Shown one piece after another: positions 14,501-25,218 of a DNA stretch of 64,000 nucleotides. This stretch comes from Glycera tridactyla (lineage: Eukaryota), in the NCBI GenBank assembly GCA_965644265.1, contig OZ286463.1, positions 72,850,001 through 72,914,000 on the forward strand. Direction: 5' to 3'. The first letter of the stretch is position 1. Every line of letters starts with the position of its first letter. A program made the position numbers and the translations under genes. A model generated the notes under the pieces. It saw nothing but the letters and a program-made list of their open reading frames with translations, was not told the origin of the DNA and made no database searches.

Positions 14501-15458
14501 TTGTAACCAAGCATCTCGTGATGCTCATCAAACAGTTTCATCCCCCTCTAAAAAGTATCATCATTCGTCATCAGAACATCGTAAATTGTCTAATGAACAA
14601 CGGCGGTTACTACGTGCACAGCGATTATCAGATACTCGTTTAGATAGTCATCGTTCTAAAAATAATGCTCATGGTCTTGTGCGAAGCAAAAGTGACTCAT
14701 CCGAACATCTCAACAAGATCGGCAAGTTCAAGGAATTAAAGCCATTGGATAATAATGTCTTGCTGCGGCGAAAACGTAGCAAAAGTCAGCAGCCCGCTTA
14801 TGAATCGCCAGAATCGGATGATTCTGACTATGATCAACCACCTCCTTTACCGATTTCTTTTCACCACCGCCGTCGTAGCTCGGGTGTGCAATCTGTCAAA
14901 CACCGTGACTGGCACAAAGACTTGGCCGAGAAATACAGTGCATCAGTTCTTGAAAAGGAGGCACCTCCCAAACAACCCACAAAATTTTTCTATGTGAATA
15001 AGAATCAAAACCCCAGTGGGAAATGGGCCCCTCCTGTGCATCCATCAAAAGACTTGGTCGTAATCAAAGACAAAAATTCTGACCCACCCCCAGCATCGCA
15101 TGAAGTCAAATATGCAGTGCGACATCATCACCAGAATAGGGACAAGGAGAACCAACCAAAGTTCGAGAAACATCACAAAACAAGTGTTGAGGCTCGCTTA
15201 CCAATCAATAAACCTGTGCCTGCAGTGAGAATGGACACTGAGCAGGTCATCAGCCGCAGTCCAGTTTGGCAAAACTCATCACAACCTGCTGTCATTGACG
15301 CACCCCGAGTCTCACCAGATGTGCGCGCTTTGAATACGGGATATCAGTCGGACTCTGACACTGATGATAACGCGAATGTTGGCATCAGTTGGAGCGTGGC
15401 TCGAATGAGAAATATGTACGAGCAAACAAACCCCCGCTCAGAAGGCTCATATGTATAA
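2490..15458 (+). CDS. ARHGAP20: Rho GTPase-activating protein of the ARHGAP20/TAGAP family; spliced and 5'-partial; exons 2490-2565, 2867-2941, 3737-3806, 7741-7893, 8584-8714, 9336-9497, 9991-10097, 11891-12022, 12395-12600, 13081-15458
   Basis: All ten exons have AG/GT boundaries and join in phase (3490 nt, open to TAA at 15456-15458). The translation contains the RA-type segment DYKLSISSGTDDSEYVLSGHEHPYSIKMSHVRD (ARHGAP20 has PYPLIGHEYPYGIKMSHLRD) and the RhoGAP motifs LFGQPL, GIFRKSAN, LKEFLRCLP, NNMTAYNMGVCIGPS and FLIKKCNEVFG. Orthology is from recall. Confidence 0.9.
2867..2941 (+). CDS. ARHGAP20: RhoGAP exon (SKNLLISNVEETGDIVKRCIEEFRI), RA domain
   Basis: ttgcag acceptor, GTGAGT donor; phase 0 to 0. 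Confidence 0.8.
3737..3806 (+). CDS. ARHGAP20: RhoGAP exon (EGDEKDYKLSISSGTDDSEYVLS), RA domain
   Basis: tttatttcag acceptor, GTAAGT donor; phase 0 to 1. Confidence 0.85.
5181..5356. mobile_element. Diverged 176-bp family B-like MITE
   Basis: ta-caatgagacct...caggttttactg-ta; interior similar to 54161 and 22594. Confidence 0.6.
7741..7893 (+). CDS. ARHGAP20: RhoGAP exon (GHEHPYSIKMSHVRD...LQFILRHKKDGKLDN), end of RA
   Basis: cttcctttgcccgtag acceptor, GTGAGT donor; phase 1 to 1. Confidence 0.85.
8584..8714 (+). CDS. ARHGAP20: RhoGAP exon (EKKKKANRKSPLRFFKKR...LFGQPLVDSVPKPIM)
   Basis: attgtccttctag is the only nearby acceptor that keeps phase 1; GTAAGT donor. Confidence 0.85.
9336..9497 (+). 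CDS. ARHGAP20: RhoGAP exon carrying the arginine finger (GIFRKSAN)
   Basis: gtttttcag acceptor, GTAAGC donor; phase 0 to 0. Confidence 0.92.
9991..10097 (+). CDS. ARHGAP20: RhoGAP exon (EFLRCLPEGILGLSHYKDWLNLINRDIDERINIAQ)
   Basis: ttcttggtttcaag acceptor, GTGAGT donor; phase 0 to 2; absent from the ORF track. Confidence 0.9.
10809..10992. mobile_element. MITE of about 185 bp with CAGAGATGCCAAC termini (hAT-like)
   Basis: Colinear in reverse with 39466-39653 along its whole length. Confidence 0.7.
11615..11791. mobile_element. 177-bp MITE, family A
   Basis: TA-CAGTCAAACCTC...GAGGTTCGACTG-TA; colinear with 1143-1319. Confidence 0.8.
11891..12022 (+). CDS. ARHGAP20: RhoGAP exon (LFQELPSANKELMRHLMCVLYHI...NMGVCIGP)
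   Basis: tgtgttgtag acceptor, GTCAGT donor; phase 2 to 2. Confidence 0.92.
12109..12143 (+). mobile_element. tRNA-derived SINE head remnant with B-box
   Basis: ggtgccatgctggagattcaggttcaaatacacaag; near-identical reverse copy at 61100-61136. Confidence 0.5.
12395..12600 (+). CDS. ARHGAP20: RhoGAP exon (FIWPSPGS...FLIKKCNEVFGEG...DQGG), end of GAP domain
   Basis: tttttctgtccaatag acceptor, GTAAGA donor; phase 2 to 1. Confidence 0.9.
13081..15458 (+). CDS. ARHGAP20: RhoGAP terminal exon encoding a disordered Ser/Pro/Gln-rich tail of about 790 aa
   Basis: atgtttctag acceptor in phase 1; 2378-nt open frame; retains CpG unlike the introns. Confidence 0.9.
13500..13790 (+). repeat. Mixed CAG/CAA polyglutamine-coding region
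   Basis: Encodes QQQQQIQHQQQLQQQQQQLQQQQQLQQQLQQQHQLLQQQQQ. Confidence 0.9.
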
Positions 15459-17090
15459 ATCCCGTCTTCATTCTCTTAATTTTATTGATGTAACCGTTTA
15501 ACTCATGAAGAATCCTGCCGAAAACCTTTTCTAGTTTCGACATCACCTTCTCACTACTTTATTCTTAGATATGTTTATGTACTGTATTTTTTCCAATTTG
15601 TTACGCCATAATGTCACTCAGTTAATGGGAATATCACAAGATTATCAGTCAATTATTCCTCCTTCATATCCAAACTTTGAAGCAATAGATTAAACTTCAA
15701 TTCCACTGCAATCAACTATGCAACATCATTTTGGGAGATCATTTCACTTTATGCCTCTCATGGTAGAATATGTGATATTCGTCATCTATGTGACTAATTT
15801 TTCGCAAACTTCATCTACTGTTAATGACCCAAAATGATGGCGGGTACTAGGTATTGGTATGGAAATTGTTAAATGATGTAGTGAGAAGGGTTATCGGCAG
15901 ATCTTAGTGGAGTTTGGAAGGTTACAAAGAGAGGCAGCTCTGATGTAAATAGTATATCCCTGTGCCAAATTTGTTGATGAGTTATTTGACTTTTGTAAAT
16001 GCTGTGGATGGAGAGACTGAAGGAACCACAAGATGAATGTATGCTTTATGTAACAGTAGTTTTGATGCCCTAATCACTGTATAAACAAACCAGAGGGGCT
16101 ATGGAATCTTGTTCATTTCTTCATCTAATCACTTTTGTTAATTGAAGAAATGTGATTATTGTTGATCGTAGAATTTGATTAATTCTGACCACACAGATAC
16201 CTATGGAACTGTAGCTCTTTGAGATGGTTCCTAATGTGAGAGAAAATATGTTATCTCAGTGTAACTGTGCTCGGTTTTGTATGAATCATTTTCAAAATAT
16301 TGTTGATGGCTTCCACAAATTAGTGGCCACCGGAAGCTGACCTTCTCACAAATTGAATATCAGTCTTGACCCATTGAACTGCTGGAGTATGCAGTGCCTT
16401 CCCTTGAAGCTTTTGATCCAGAGAGTTGCCGGTTTATTTGGGGTGACCATTCACCCAAGGAAGAGTAGTTTATGTACATGTAAATAGATAAGAATGGGTA
16501 ACTTTCGAGAGAAGGCAGTTTCTAGAGCAGACTTGGCCCAATGACTTGACCCCTGATTCTGGATGATGGTACCATATGTCTTTCACTATGAACAAACTGA
16601 TATTTGTCAATTCAAAACCGTTAATTGTTCTTTCACAATCTTTTTAGTATGATGGTATAATTGGCTTTTACAGAATGGGTAGTGTCTGGCGGACTTTGGA
16701 ATGAAATGAGCACTTTGTATTTAGAAAGTACAATTATAGCAGTCATCGAACCAAAGTAATAGCAGTTTTTCATCTTGACAAATTCTCCCACCATGTTCAA
16801 ACAACACATACCTCAAGCTGGCTTGTGCAGTTTTGGTGTACATGTATTTTTCTTGTTCATTTTATTCCTGAACATGCTTCTGTTATCTGACTTGGACTGT
16901 TTATTTTGTTTGGTAGTGTACCAATCAGTTATCTTTGATTTTTATCACTCCAATAGGAGAGACTTTGCAGTTACTGGCTTTATTTAGTTCCATTACTAAT
17001 TTGGTTTCTCTGTCAAGAGATTGTTATTATACAGGTTGCATCTCAATACTACATAAAGATATCATATCTTTCTATGTTGAGCTCATGCAG

Positions 17091-17096
17091 AATAAA
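17091..17096 (+). promoter_or_regulatory. Candidate proximal poly(A) signal (AATAAA) for the RhoGAP gene
   Basis: Canonical hexamer 1.6 kb after the stop codon in T-rich UTR-like sequence. Confidence 0.3.
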
Positions 17097-19403
17097 ACTT
17101 AAATTTTGCATTTATTCAATTAGACTAAGTGCATTAGAAAGCAATAGCCAATCACCCACCCACTCAAAAACAAAGACATATTTACCAAGGCTTTGCTGTT
17201 TAACCACACATGTCATGGTACATTTTTCCTTTTTAGCCCTACTTGAGGTAAAGAATTGAATTTGTATAATATTGGTCGATGAAGTGGAATGAGGTTTCAT
17301 GATCATAAACACCCATTACCTACCTCAGAAAGAAGAACATTCATTACTTGTTAATATATATAGATGTGCTTAAACAAAACCTGACTTGACTTAACCTTGT
17401 AGTTCATAGATAGAATGGTGGTACGCTTGAATCAGCCGGTATTTTCTTGTTCATGCAATGATATTTATTGAGTTGATATTTAGTGCAATAAGTAATGTAT
17501 GTACCACTACTGTGTGCTTTCGTGATACTTTGTTTTTCATTTGTGAATGATTGTCTGGTGAAATTACTTGGGGTGAAGTTGTTTTGATTCTCTTTCAAGC
17601 TTGTTCCACTTCTGCTGTTAAACTGTCACTGTTGTCGGCTTCTGGCATTAAGAAAATGTTTTCCCAGATCGGCATGTTTTATTCCGATAACATACAGCTG
17701 TAGTTGATTTTACTCCCCTGCCCNNNNNNNNNNNNNNNNNNNNNNNNNNNNNNNNNNNNNNNNNNNNNNNNNNNNNNNNNNNNNNNNNNNNNNNNNNNNN
17801 NNNNNNNNNNNNNNNNNNNNNNNNNNNNNNNNNNNNNNNNNNNNNNNNNNNNNNNNNNNNNNNNNNNNNNAAGGTGGGGGAAAATGTAGAGCACAGAGAC
17901 ACATGAGAGTCTGAACACAATAAATACAACTTTTCACCTTCAATCTACTCTTTGTTTTGTTGACAATCAATATTGATGTATTTTTTCACTTTCGCAACCT
18001 AAAACTACAGAACCTGCAAATATGGCAATTTATGGTGCAAAGTGTGGGCACATTTCATTTCAGTTTTGAAAGATGATCCCTATATAAAGTATTTTAAAGT
18101 TATTTTGCGTTAATGTGATTCGTGCATGTTTAGGTAATGCAGGTGACAATCACAGGAAAGTTTCAATTACTTGTCAGTTTTCTAGTTACTGATATATTTG
18201 TGGGATCATTCATCACTCTGTATTCCTATGGTTCTATTGGCATTCAGCTGTATTTCTTCATTTTAATTTTCACACAGCCCTAGGATTGATACATGCCATT
18301 AAATCTCAAATGATATTCATTTGATTTTCAGAACTGATGATGATCATGATTAGATAGGAATGCATTCTTTGTGATGTGTGATTCAGTTAAGAAATTCTTC
18401 CTAATTCCAACTGGGTGAATTGAATTCATAAATTTGCCATGTCCAGTCTGGGACCCAAAAGTATGTCTAATACTTGGTTATTATAGGGAGACAATATATT
18501 GTTAAACAAGTTATTTGCTGATTCAAGCTGAATATAGAATTATCATATCAGCATCTATGTCGTTTCTATACTGAAAGAATCTTATAAGTTCATTTCACAT
18601 CACTTCAGTCGAAGTATCAGTGCAGCTCACTGTTATTTACCCAGTTCGGGAATTATAAGAGAAATTCAATTTTAGCGCAAGAAAACCTTCTTGAGTATCT
18701 TGGATTTCTTTATTTGGTAAGAATACTTTATTTATCATGATTTCTTTGCATGTAAAATGCAATATACTTTATTAAGATTTAGTTTCAAGATGGACTAGCT
18801 TCAGATGTAAATGCTCAGTGTCGTCCCTCTGCTGTATGGTATGATGTTTCAGTGGTGGTAATTCTTGATCAACAAGAAATGGATCAGGATATTATTTCCA
18901 TCATTCGTATTTTTTATATATTTCGATTGATCCATATGAGACATGCCTCGAAAGAGTGTGGAAATAGTTCCATCGCCTTCATGGCATAGCTGCCAGGTCA
19001 TTGCTCCGTTCTTGTATTGTTTGAATTACCAGCAAATTTTGAACATAAAGTGTATTTGTTGACACATGCCGCAGGGCTGAAGGCTGTCATATTCTCTATT
19101 CATGTCGGATATTTCATCAGTGGCATGAGAATGTATGATTAGCAATTAAATTCTGATTTCCATGATTTTTTTGGTACTATCCTCCTCTTAGAATAGGTAT
19201 GGTGAAATTCTTTACAAGTTACAATCCATACTTGCAACTCATGAATGCTGCCTTCAGGGAGGCAGAGATCCCTCTTTGTTGATAAAATGAATCTTATTCT
19301 TGGTAACCGTGCATATGTTGTCTGCGGGTTTGTGTTGAATATGTGTTGTTCATGAAAGGTCATCTCTTGTGAGAGGTCATCTTCCGACTGTCACTTGTAT
19401 CGC

Positions 19404-19411
19404 AATATAAA
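19404..19411 (+). promoter_or_regulatory. Candidate distal poly(A) signal (AATATA/TATAAA variant)
   Basis: Followed by a GT/T-rich tract, at the point where plus-strand T-richness ends. Confidence 0.25.
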
Positions 19412-19530
19412 GTTGTTTATTATATAATGTTGGTATTTTGTATTTTATTTCAAACTGATCAGTGGAATGGAGAGAGTATAATGGGCAGCAGCTGTATTCA
19501 AAAGCTCGCACAGTTGAACCTGTTCAAGGG

Positions 19531-19620
19531 ATCATTTTGTGTTCAGAGTTTGTGAGAGTGATGTCTGCAGGCGAGAGAACATCTAGATTGATACATGCTG
19601 TTGAAGCTCAAACAAACAAA
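19531..19620 (+). mobile_element. SINE-like 3' fragment, copy A, with (CAAA)n tail
   Basis: gtttgtgagagtgatgtctgcagg.gagagaacatctag is shared with copies B-D. Confidence 0.6.
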
Positions 19621-20063
19621 CTGGAGAGATCATCTCTATACAAAGCCAACCTGCATACAAAACATTTTCGTGTCCTGTTGGGGACCCCGAAAGATGATTG
19701 TTGAAGATCCTGGCCATGCAGTGGTCACAATATAGCAATGGAGCTGACGTGATATCGAACCAGAACCAACCAAATGACTGCCTACAATAGCCTCTCTGAG
19801 CTGTGACTGAGAGAGTATTATGTACAGGAAATAACCTCTATAAAGACCACCTGCCTTTGTAGATAGATTTGACTGTACAGTCAGACCCACAATTGGCAAG
19901 AAAATATTTATCATGAGCAAACATTTTTCTCCAAGTCTAATGCTTCTTGCGTCAAGTGCTGCGCTTTGCAAAAAAAAACATTGCTATCAGGCTTAAGTGT
20001 TAGCTTCCAGCCAGTTACATAGTTAGAAATGCCATCATAAGATTCACTTTGTTTATGAAGAGT

Positions 20064-20260
20064 AGGTAGAGGTGTGTCTGAACTGTCAGCTACTTCCACG
20101 TGACAACCTTTCAAGTTCCCCATCATCTTGTGATCAGGGTTTGTGAGAGTGATGTCTGCAGGGGAGAGAACATCTAGCTTTCATCGACCAGGAACACATG
20201 GCATACATAATCCTGTGGGTTGATACATGCCGTTAAACCTCCAACAAAGAAACAAACAAA
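20064..20260 (+). mobile_element. SINE-like element, copy B, with (CAAA)n tail
   Basis: About 200 bp alignable with 21029-21257 and with the reverse of 63808-63965; ends gttgatacatgccgttaaacctc + tail. Confidence 0.65.
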
Positions 20261-20841
20261 TCTCAAAAACACTTGTCTACCATTGCTATGCAAAGAGAAA
20301 CTACAACTAACAAGCACCTGTTTTGAGGGATAAAATACGGCAATATTCAAAGTGCTTGTTAAATCACAGGCTCCACTGTACTGTGAAATGTGCAGTGAGT
20401 GACCACTCTAAGATCATTTGGTGGCAGGTAGTTCACAGATGGACCTCTCTACAAATCAGCATGGAATCGCACCACCTGGGATGACCTAAGTCAGCAGAGG
20501 TCAATGGGGAGGACCTATTTCACTCTACTTATAGGCTTGACCTGAGTTCTCTCAGTTTCCGTGGCTTCATCTGCTCAGAAACAATCTAGAGCAGCTGGAG
20601 AAAATAAGCAACTACCATCCTCAGATTTTTTCCATGAAAGAAGTGTGCATGCGATATCTGCATAATTTCCCCCCTCTTATCTTTATAGTCTCTCGCCCCC
20701 TTCCACGAACATTGTGTTGATCACAAACTTGAAAATCAAAGCTAGCCATTGTCAACAATACTTAAGTTTATAAGAGCAGAATACCGCTTGAGATAATTTG
20801 GATCAGCGCAGTAGATAAACTTTCATGTGTTTGTTCATTCA

Positions 20842-20988
20842 AGTGATACCTGTGAAGAGACCCCCTGAGGAAAGGACAAATCTGACTGGAGACCGCTTTC
20901 CTAAAGCAGCTTTCTTATTTGACTATCTTTCTCTGAAGAGACCAACTCTTTTGAAAGATGACTTCTAGGGTGGTTATAGGCTTCACTG
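20842..20988. mobile_element. Degraded family B-like MITE
   Basis: gagacc-rich interior; ends ggcttcactg-ta. Confidence 0.5.
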
Positions 20989-21028
20989 TAGTTCCGCTCT
21001 TGTGAGGTGTGCTTCCCTCCACTCAATA

Positions 21029-21211
21029 AAGGTGAGATACTTGTGTCTCAACTGTCGGCTACTTCCACTTGACAGCCTTTTGGGTTCCCCATCACCTTGT
21101 GTTTAGGGATTGTGAGAATGATGTCTCCAGGGGAGAGAACATTCACACTCGATGACCAGGAACACATGGCATGCATAATCAACTGCCTTGATACATGCAT
21201 GCTGTCAGACC

Positions 21212-21257
<46 letters not shown>
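21029..21257 (+). mobile_element. SINE-like element, copy C, with (ATCA)n tail
   Basis: Same body as copy B; tail is about 11 ATCA units. Confidence 0.65.
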
Positions 21258-21460
21258 TCAATGAAGATTTTTCATTTTGTCTTCATTCTAACCATCCCTG
21301 ATGCCTTCCTCATGACAACAGCCTTCATCGTAGTCACCGCTCTACTAACAGTTGAGTCTATACAATCTCCTGACTACATAAGAGACTCGGATCACATGAT
21401 GACATACACATGTGAAGGGTATTGAGTGAAAACAAAAGCAACAGTGTCATGGTGATGATC

Positions 21461-21466
21461 TTTATT
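21461..21466 (-). promoter_or_regulatory. Candidate distal poly(A) signal (AATAAA on minus strand) for the SOL-1-like gene
   Basis: tttatt on the plus strand at the edge of the A-rich domain; several more proximal hexamers also exist. Confidence 0.25.
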
Positions 21467-21683
21467 ACTATGAAAATTTATGAAAATTTACATTTATGCA
21501 CAGGTATTACAAATTGGCAAATTCACACATACATAATCCTCCCCTCACATAACCAACAACATTGGTGATTGGATGTCTCCCTTCCCATGAGTTATTTACA
21601 AAATGATTGAGTATGAAAATGAAGGATTCACATACCGGTATATATCCTCATCAGTTCTCTGAATGCTATGTAGCAATGTTGCT

Positions 21684-22095
21684 GTTTCCAATAGCAATCA
21701 AAGCAGCTACTGTTGCCATTAGCAACCAATGCAGCTGCTGCTGTTACTGTTGCCATTAGCAACCAAAACAACTGTCGTTACTGTTGCCATCAGCAACCAA
21801 TGCAGCTGTTGTTACTATTGCCATCAACAACCAATGCAGCTGTTGTTACTGTTGCCATCAGCAACCAGAGCAGCTATTGTTACTCTTGCCATTAGCAACC
21901 AATGCAGCTGTTGTTACTTTTGCCATCAGCAACCAAAGCAGCTATTGTGACTGTTGCCATTAGCAACCAAGCAACTGTTGTTACTATTGCCATCAGCAAC
22001 CAAAGCAGCTATTGTGACTGTTGCCATTAGCAACCAAGCAGCTATTGTTACTGTCGCCATTAGCAACCAAAGCAGCTACTTTTGCCATTAGCAAC
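21684..22095. repeat. Minisatellite of about 13 units of 33-34 bp (tgttgccattagcaaccaatgcagctgttgttac)
   Basis: Cores at 21712, 21749, 21783, 21817, 21851, 21885, 21919, 21953, 21986, 22020, 22053, 22081. Confidence 0.95.
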
Positions 22096-22593
22096 CTAAG
22101 CCACTGTTGCTGCTCTTGTAAAATGCAGCTGTATGTGAGGAAGGCTGCAGTCAACTGATTCAAATGCTCACCATATGCTGGTAGCACTTGTAATTCTTGT
22201 CTAAACACTGCAATGGAAAGTACATCCGCATGATGAAAGTGACATGTCTAAGCCAACACAAATTTCTCATCCCACTTTGGTTAACTGTAGAAGCAGGATG
22301 AATATGGGATAAAACACAAAATATCAGGCTTGATTTAGTGCTCCTGCTGCACTGCCTTGCATTTCTTTTGTGGTGAACATATTTTGTGCTGAGCACTGTC
22401 AACTCTGTACATTCACATGTAAAGCTGTCAGGTATGGTCTCAGTAAGGTAAACAACACAACTTGGAACCCATCTTTGGTGCAACTTACAGCCAAGACCAT
22501 GGGATGATTCAACAAAGTATGATAACAGTACAAATATACACTGAATCGAGACATCAGCTACTAGGCTGGTAACAATAGACAGTTTTACAGATA

Positions 22594-22770
22594 CAGTAAA
22601 ACCTGTCTTGGGAGACCACCCACACGCCAACAAAAAGTGGTCTCTCAAGACAGGTGGTCTCTCATTGGAGGTATATTTGACTATGTCAAATAGAGAAGAG
22701 CCGATAAAGAGCGGTCTCCCATTAGAGGGTGGTCTCCCAAAAGAGGGGTCTCCCAAGACAGGTTTCACTG
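22594..22770. mobile_element. 177-bp MITE, family B
   Basis: TA-CAGTAAAACCTGTCTTGGGAGACC...GGTCTCCCAAGACAGGTTTCACTG-TA; long near-perfect TIRs. Confidence 0.85.
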
Positions 22771-25057
22771 TATTCACCGTTACTTATCTCAAGACTGCCA
22801 GGACGGATAAAAACAAATGAGAGGTGTATGTATGAAAAAGTGAAACATAATACATGGAACATGAACAGCATTGAATTAGTTGATTTTGAGATTTGTGGAT
22901 AAATTACCGGAGTCCAGATGAACAAGAAATTTGGAGTCGTCCTACCCAGTAGGGTGCTTGTGTGTAGTCTATGCTTGGATCAACATATCTGCAGGTATAT
23001 GATTGTTCTGTGATCCCACAGATTTTCATGATTGCAAATGGAGCAATCCATGCATATGACAAGAGATCATTTCATGCTGATTATTTTGGATCTTGAATGA
23101 TGGAAATCAGACCAAAATTGATGCAGATAGAACACAGTGTTTGTATGGAGTTATATATTACATGGCGGTTTCTGAGGTTTCTTCACCCACAAAATCTTGG
23201 TGAAATGTGCTTTCATTTAGGTTTTCAGGGTTTCAAGTTGTTTGCCAATCACATCCCTGCATCTGTTGTAATCAGCAACCCTATGACCCTGGTGCCAGCC
23301 CCTCCAGCAGCAGGCTGTCCTCATGGTCACTGCATAATCTAACTATAATTTCAGTTATTGTCAGAAATGCCTATTTGACTAACTCACACTTGATGATGCC
23401 TTTTGATGAAATCCATTGCAAAAGCTTCCCCACTCTGGAAAAATAAATGTCAATTGGAAATCAAAGCATGAATTGAAAAGAATTTTCGGGAAAGGGTAAT
23501 ATTCAAGACTGTTTATTGTAGGTATACTCCTTTGACACTCAGAATTGGTGCATCATTGAAGCAGATCAGAAATGGATCTCTTACACAGTAACCTCATGCT
23601 TGCTATAGACAGTGAGCTGGGGAATGAGTAACCACACATAACCAGTTAGGGGACTGAAGATCACATTAGTAACACTCTCAACAAAACAATCATATCATGT
23701 TGTGTGTCATTATTTCTGTTAGATATGACAGATTTAAGCATGAAAATTCACTGTTGTTCATTCACATCATCAAGTTGGCACCTTTTGGAATGTACATGAT
23801 GTAAATGAATATGATATTCAACAATCTTCCAATGATGCCTAATTATCTAGGATTCATTTCTTCCTCAAAATAAAAACATTAATTTTGAGTGAAATTACAC
23901 AAGCCTTCATAGGATATGGTATACATTGCTATATGCAGAAACTATACTAACCATCAGTATTTCACTGTTGAAGACTTGGCATTTGCTTAATAATCTCTCT
24001 CCTATGTAGCCATTGGATCAATGTAAAAAGATGTCATTACAAGTCAAGGAACAAAGATTGTGATATCATGAGAGGATCACAAGCTATGTTATGGTGTCAA
24101 AGTATGGACCATGTGAACTGACCCAAAATTTGCTTATGATTTCCTAAACCCTTCCATGAGTAGCAGAGAAAACAATAAATCCGGATATACTAACAAACCA
24201 TGTGGATTTGATGCCATGGTTGTGTATGTTGCACAGTTCAATATATAACAAGGGGGCACTCAAATAGATGGAACTCCATAATTGTTTGGTTGGTTGGCTG
24301 GCTGGTTGTAGGTGTTCCCTTGGTGTCTATCCTCAAAGGTAGGGGGCTGTCAGACTGTTCCATAGTTCGAGTAGGGTCTGTGGATTTCAGCAAACCAACC
24401 TGATACACCATTGGGCATCATCATCTATGGCAACAGCATCACATAGTGGCAGGGATGAGAACTACCTTAATTAATATGGATATGCCATCTAGTGGATCCT
24501 CCTCAGAAAATGCACAGAAGATGTTGCCGTTGACAAGGGTAGGTGACAAGGATAGAATGTCAACTTATGACAAAAATAGATGTAGGTATGCTGAGAATTT
24601 TCGGCAAATTACTTGCAAATTGAATTGCAGCAAGCAAAAAACACTACTGGATTTTTTTTGCTTTCCCCAACAAAACAACCATCTTGAAATCTCGAGAATG
24701 TGGTATGAAGAATCACTGGGAAGTCTGGCTAATTATTGACTTGTTTCCAAGAGAAAATTCATGGAAATTATTTTTCAATCGAAATTGAAGCAGACACTCC
24801 CTTTTACTGTGTTCCTATCAAATTACTAACTTCATTCATAGCCACACCTACATTCCCATGATTTGAGCTTTATGGCTTATGGAATCTGTCTTAAGCTTTG
24901 GTGAATCAACTACTTCAATGGGTAGGAGTTTGTCAAACAATATTTGCAAAAGATGATCCATCCAAGATTGCACATGCCAGTAACAAGTGATTGACACATA
25001 CATGAATATATGTACATGATGAACATGCATGCCCCAGACATGCATATGCTTACACTA

Positions 25058-25140
25058 ACACACACACACACACCCACCCACCCACCCACACACACACACA
25101 CATGCACACACATGAACATTTACACATGCATACATTGACT

Positions 25141-25215
<75 letters not shown>
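25058..25215. repeat. Compound (CA)n/(CCCA)n microsatellite
   Basis: Directly visible. Confidence 0.95.

Positions 25216-25218
<3 letters not shown>

Noticed and set aside
13206-14997. Overlapping ORFs in other frames, including the poly-Leu ORF 13626-13871
   Set aside because: Shadows of the terminal exon and its CAG/CAA repeats
21684-22095. Palindromic repeats that superficially resemble a CRISPR array; ORFs 21713-21895, 21729-21950 and 21993-22208
   Set aside because: Linkers are homologous rather than unique spacers, there are no cas genes, and the context is eukaryotic. The ORFs are repeat by-products.
22160-22777. 205-aa minus-strand ORF
   Set aside because: Starts in a MITE and has no homology or coding-like composition
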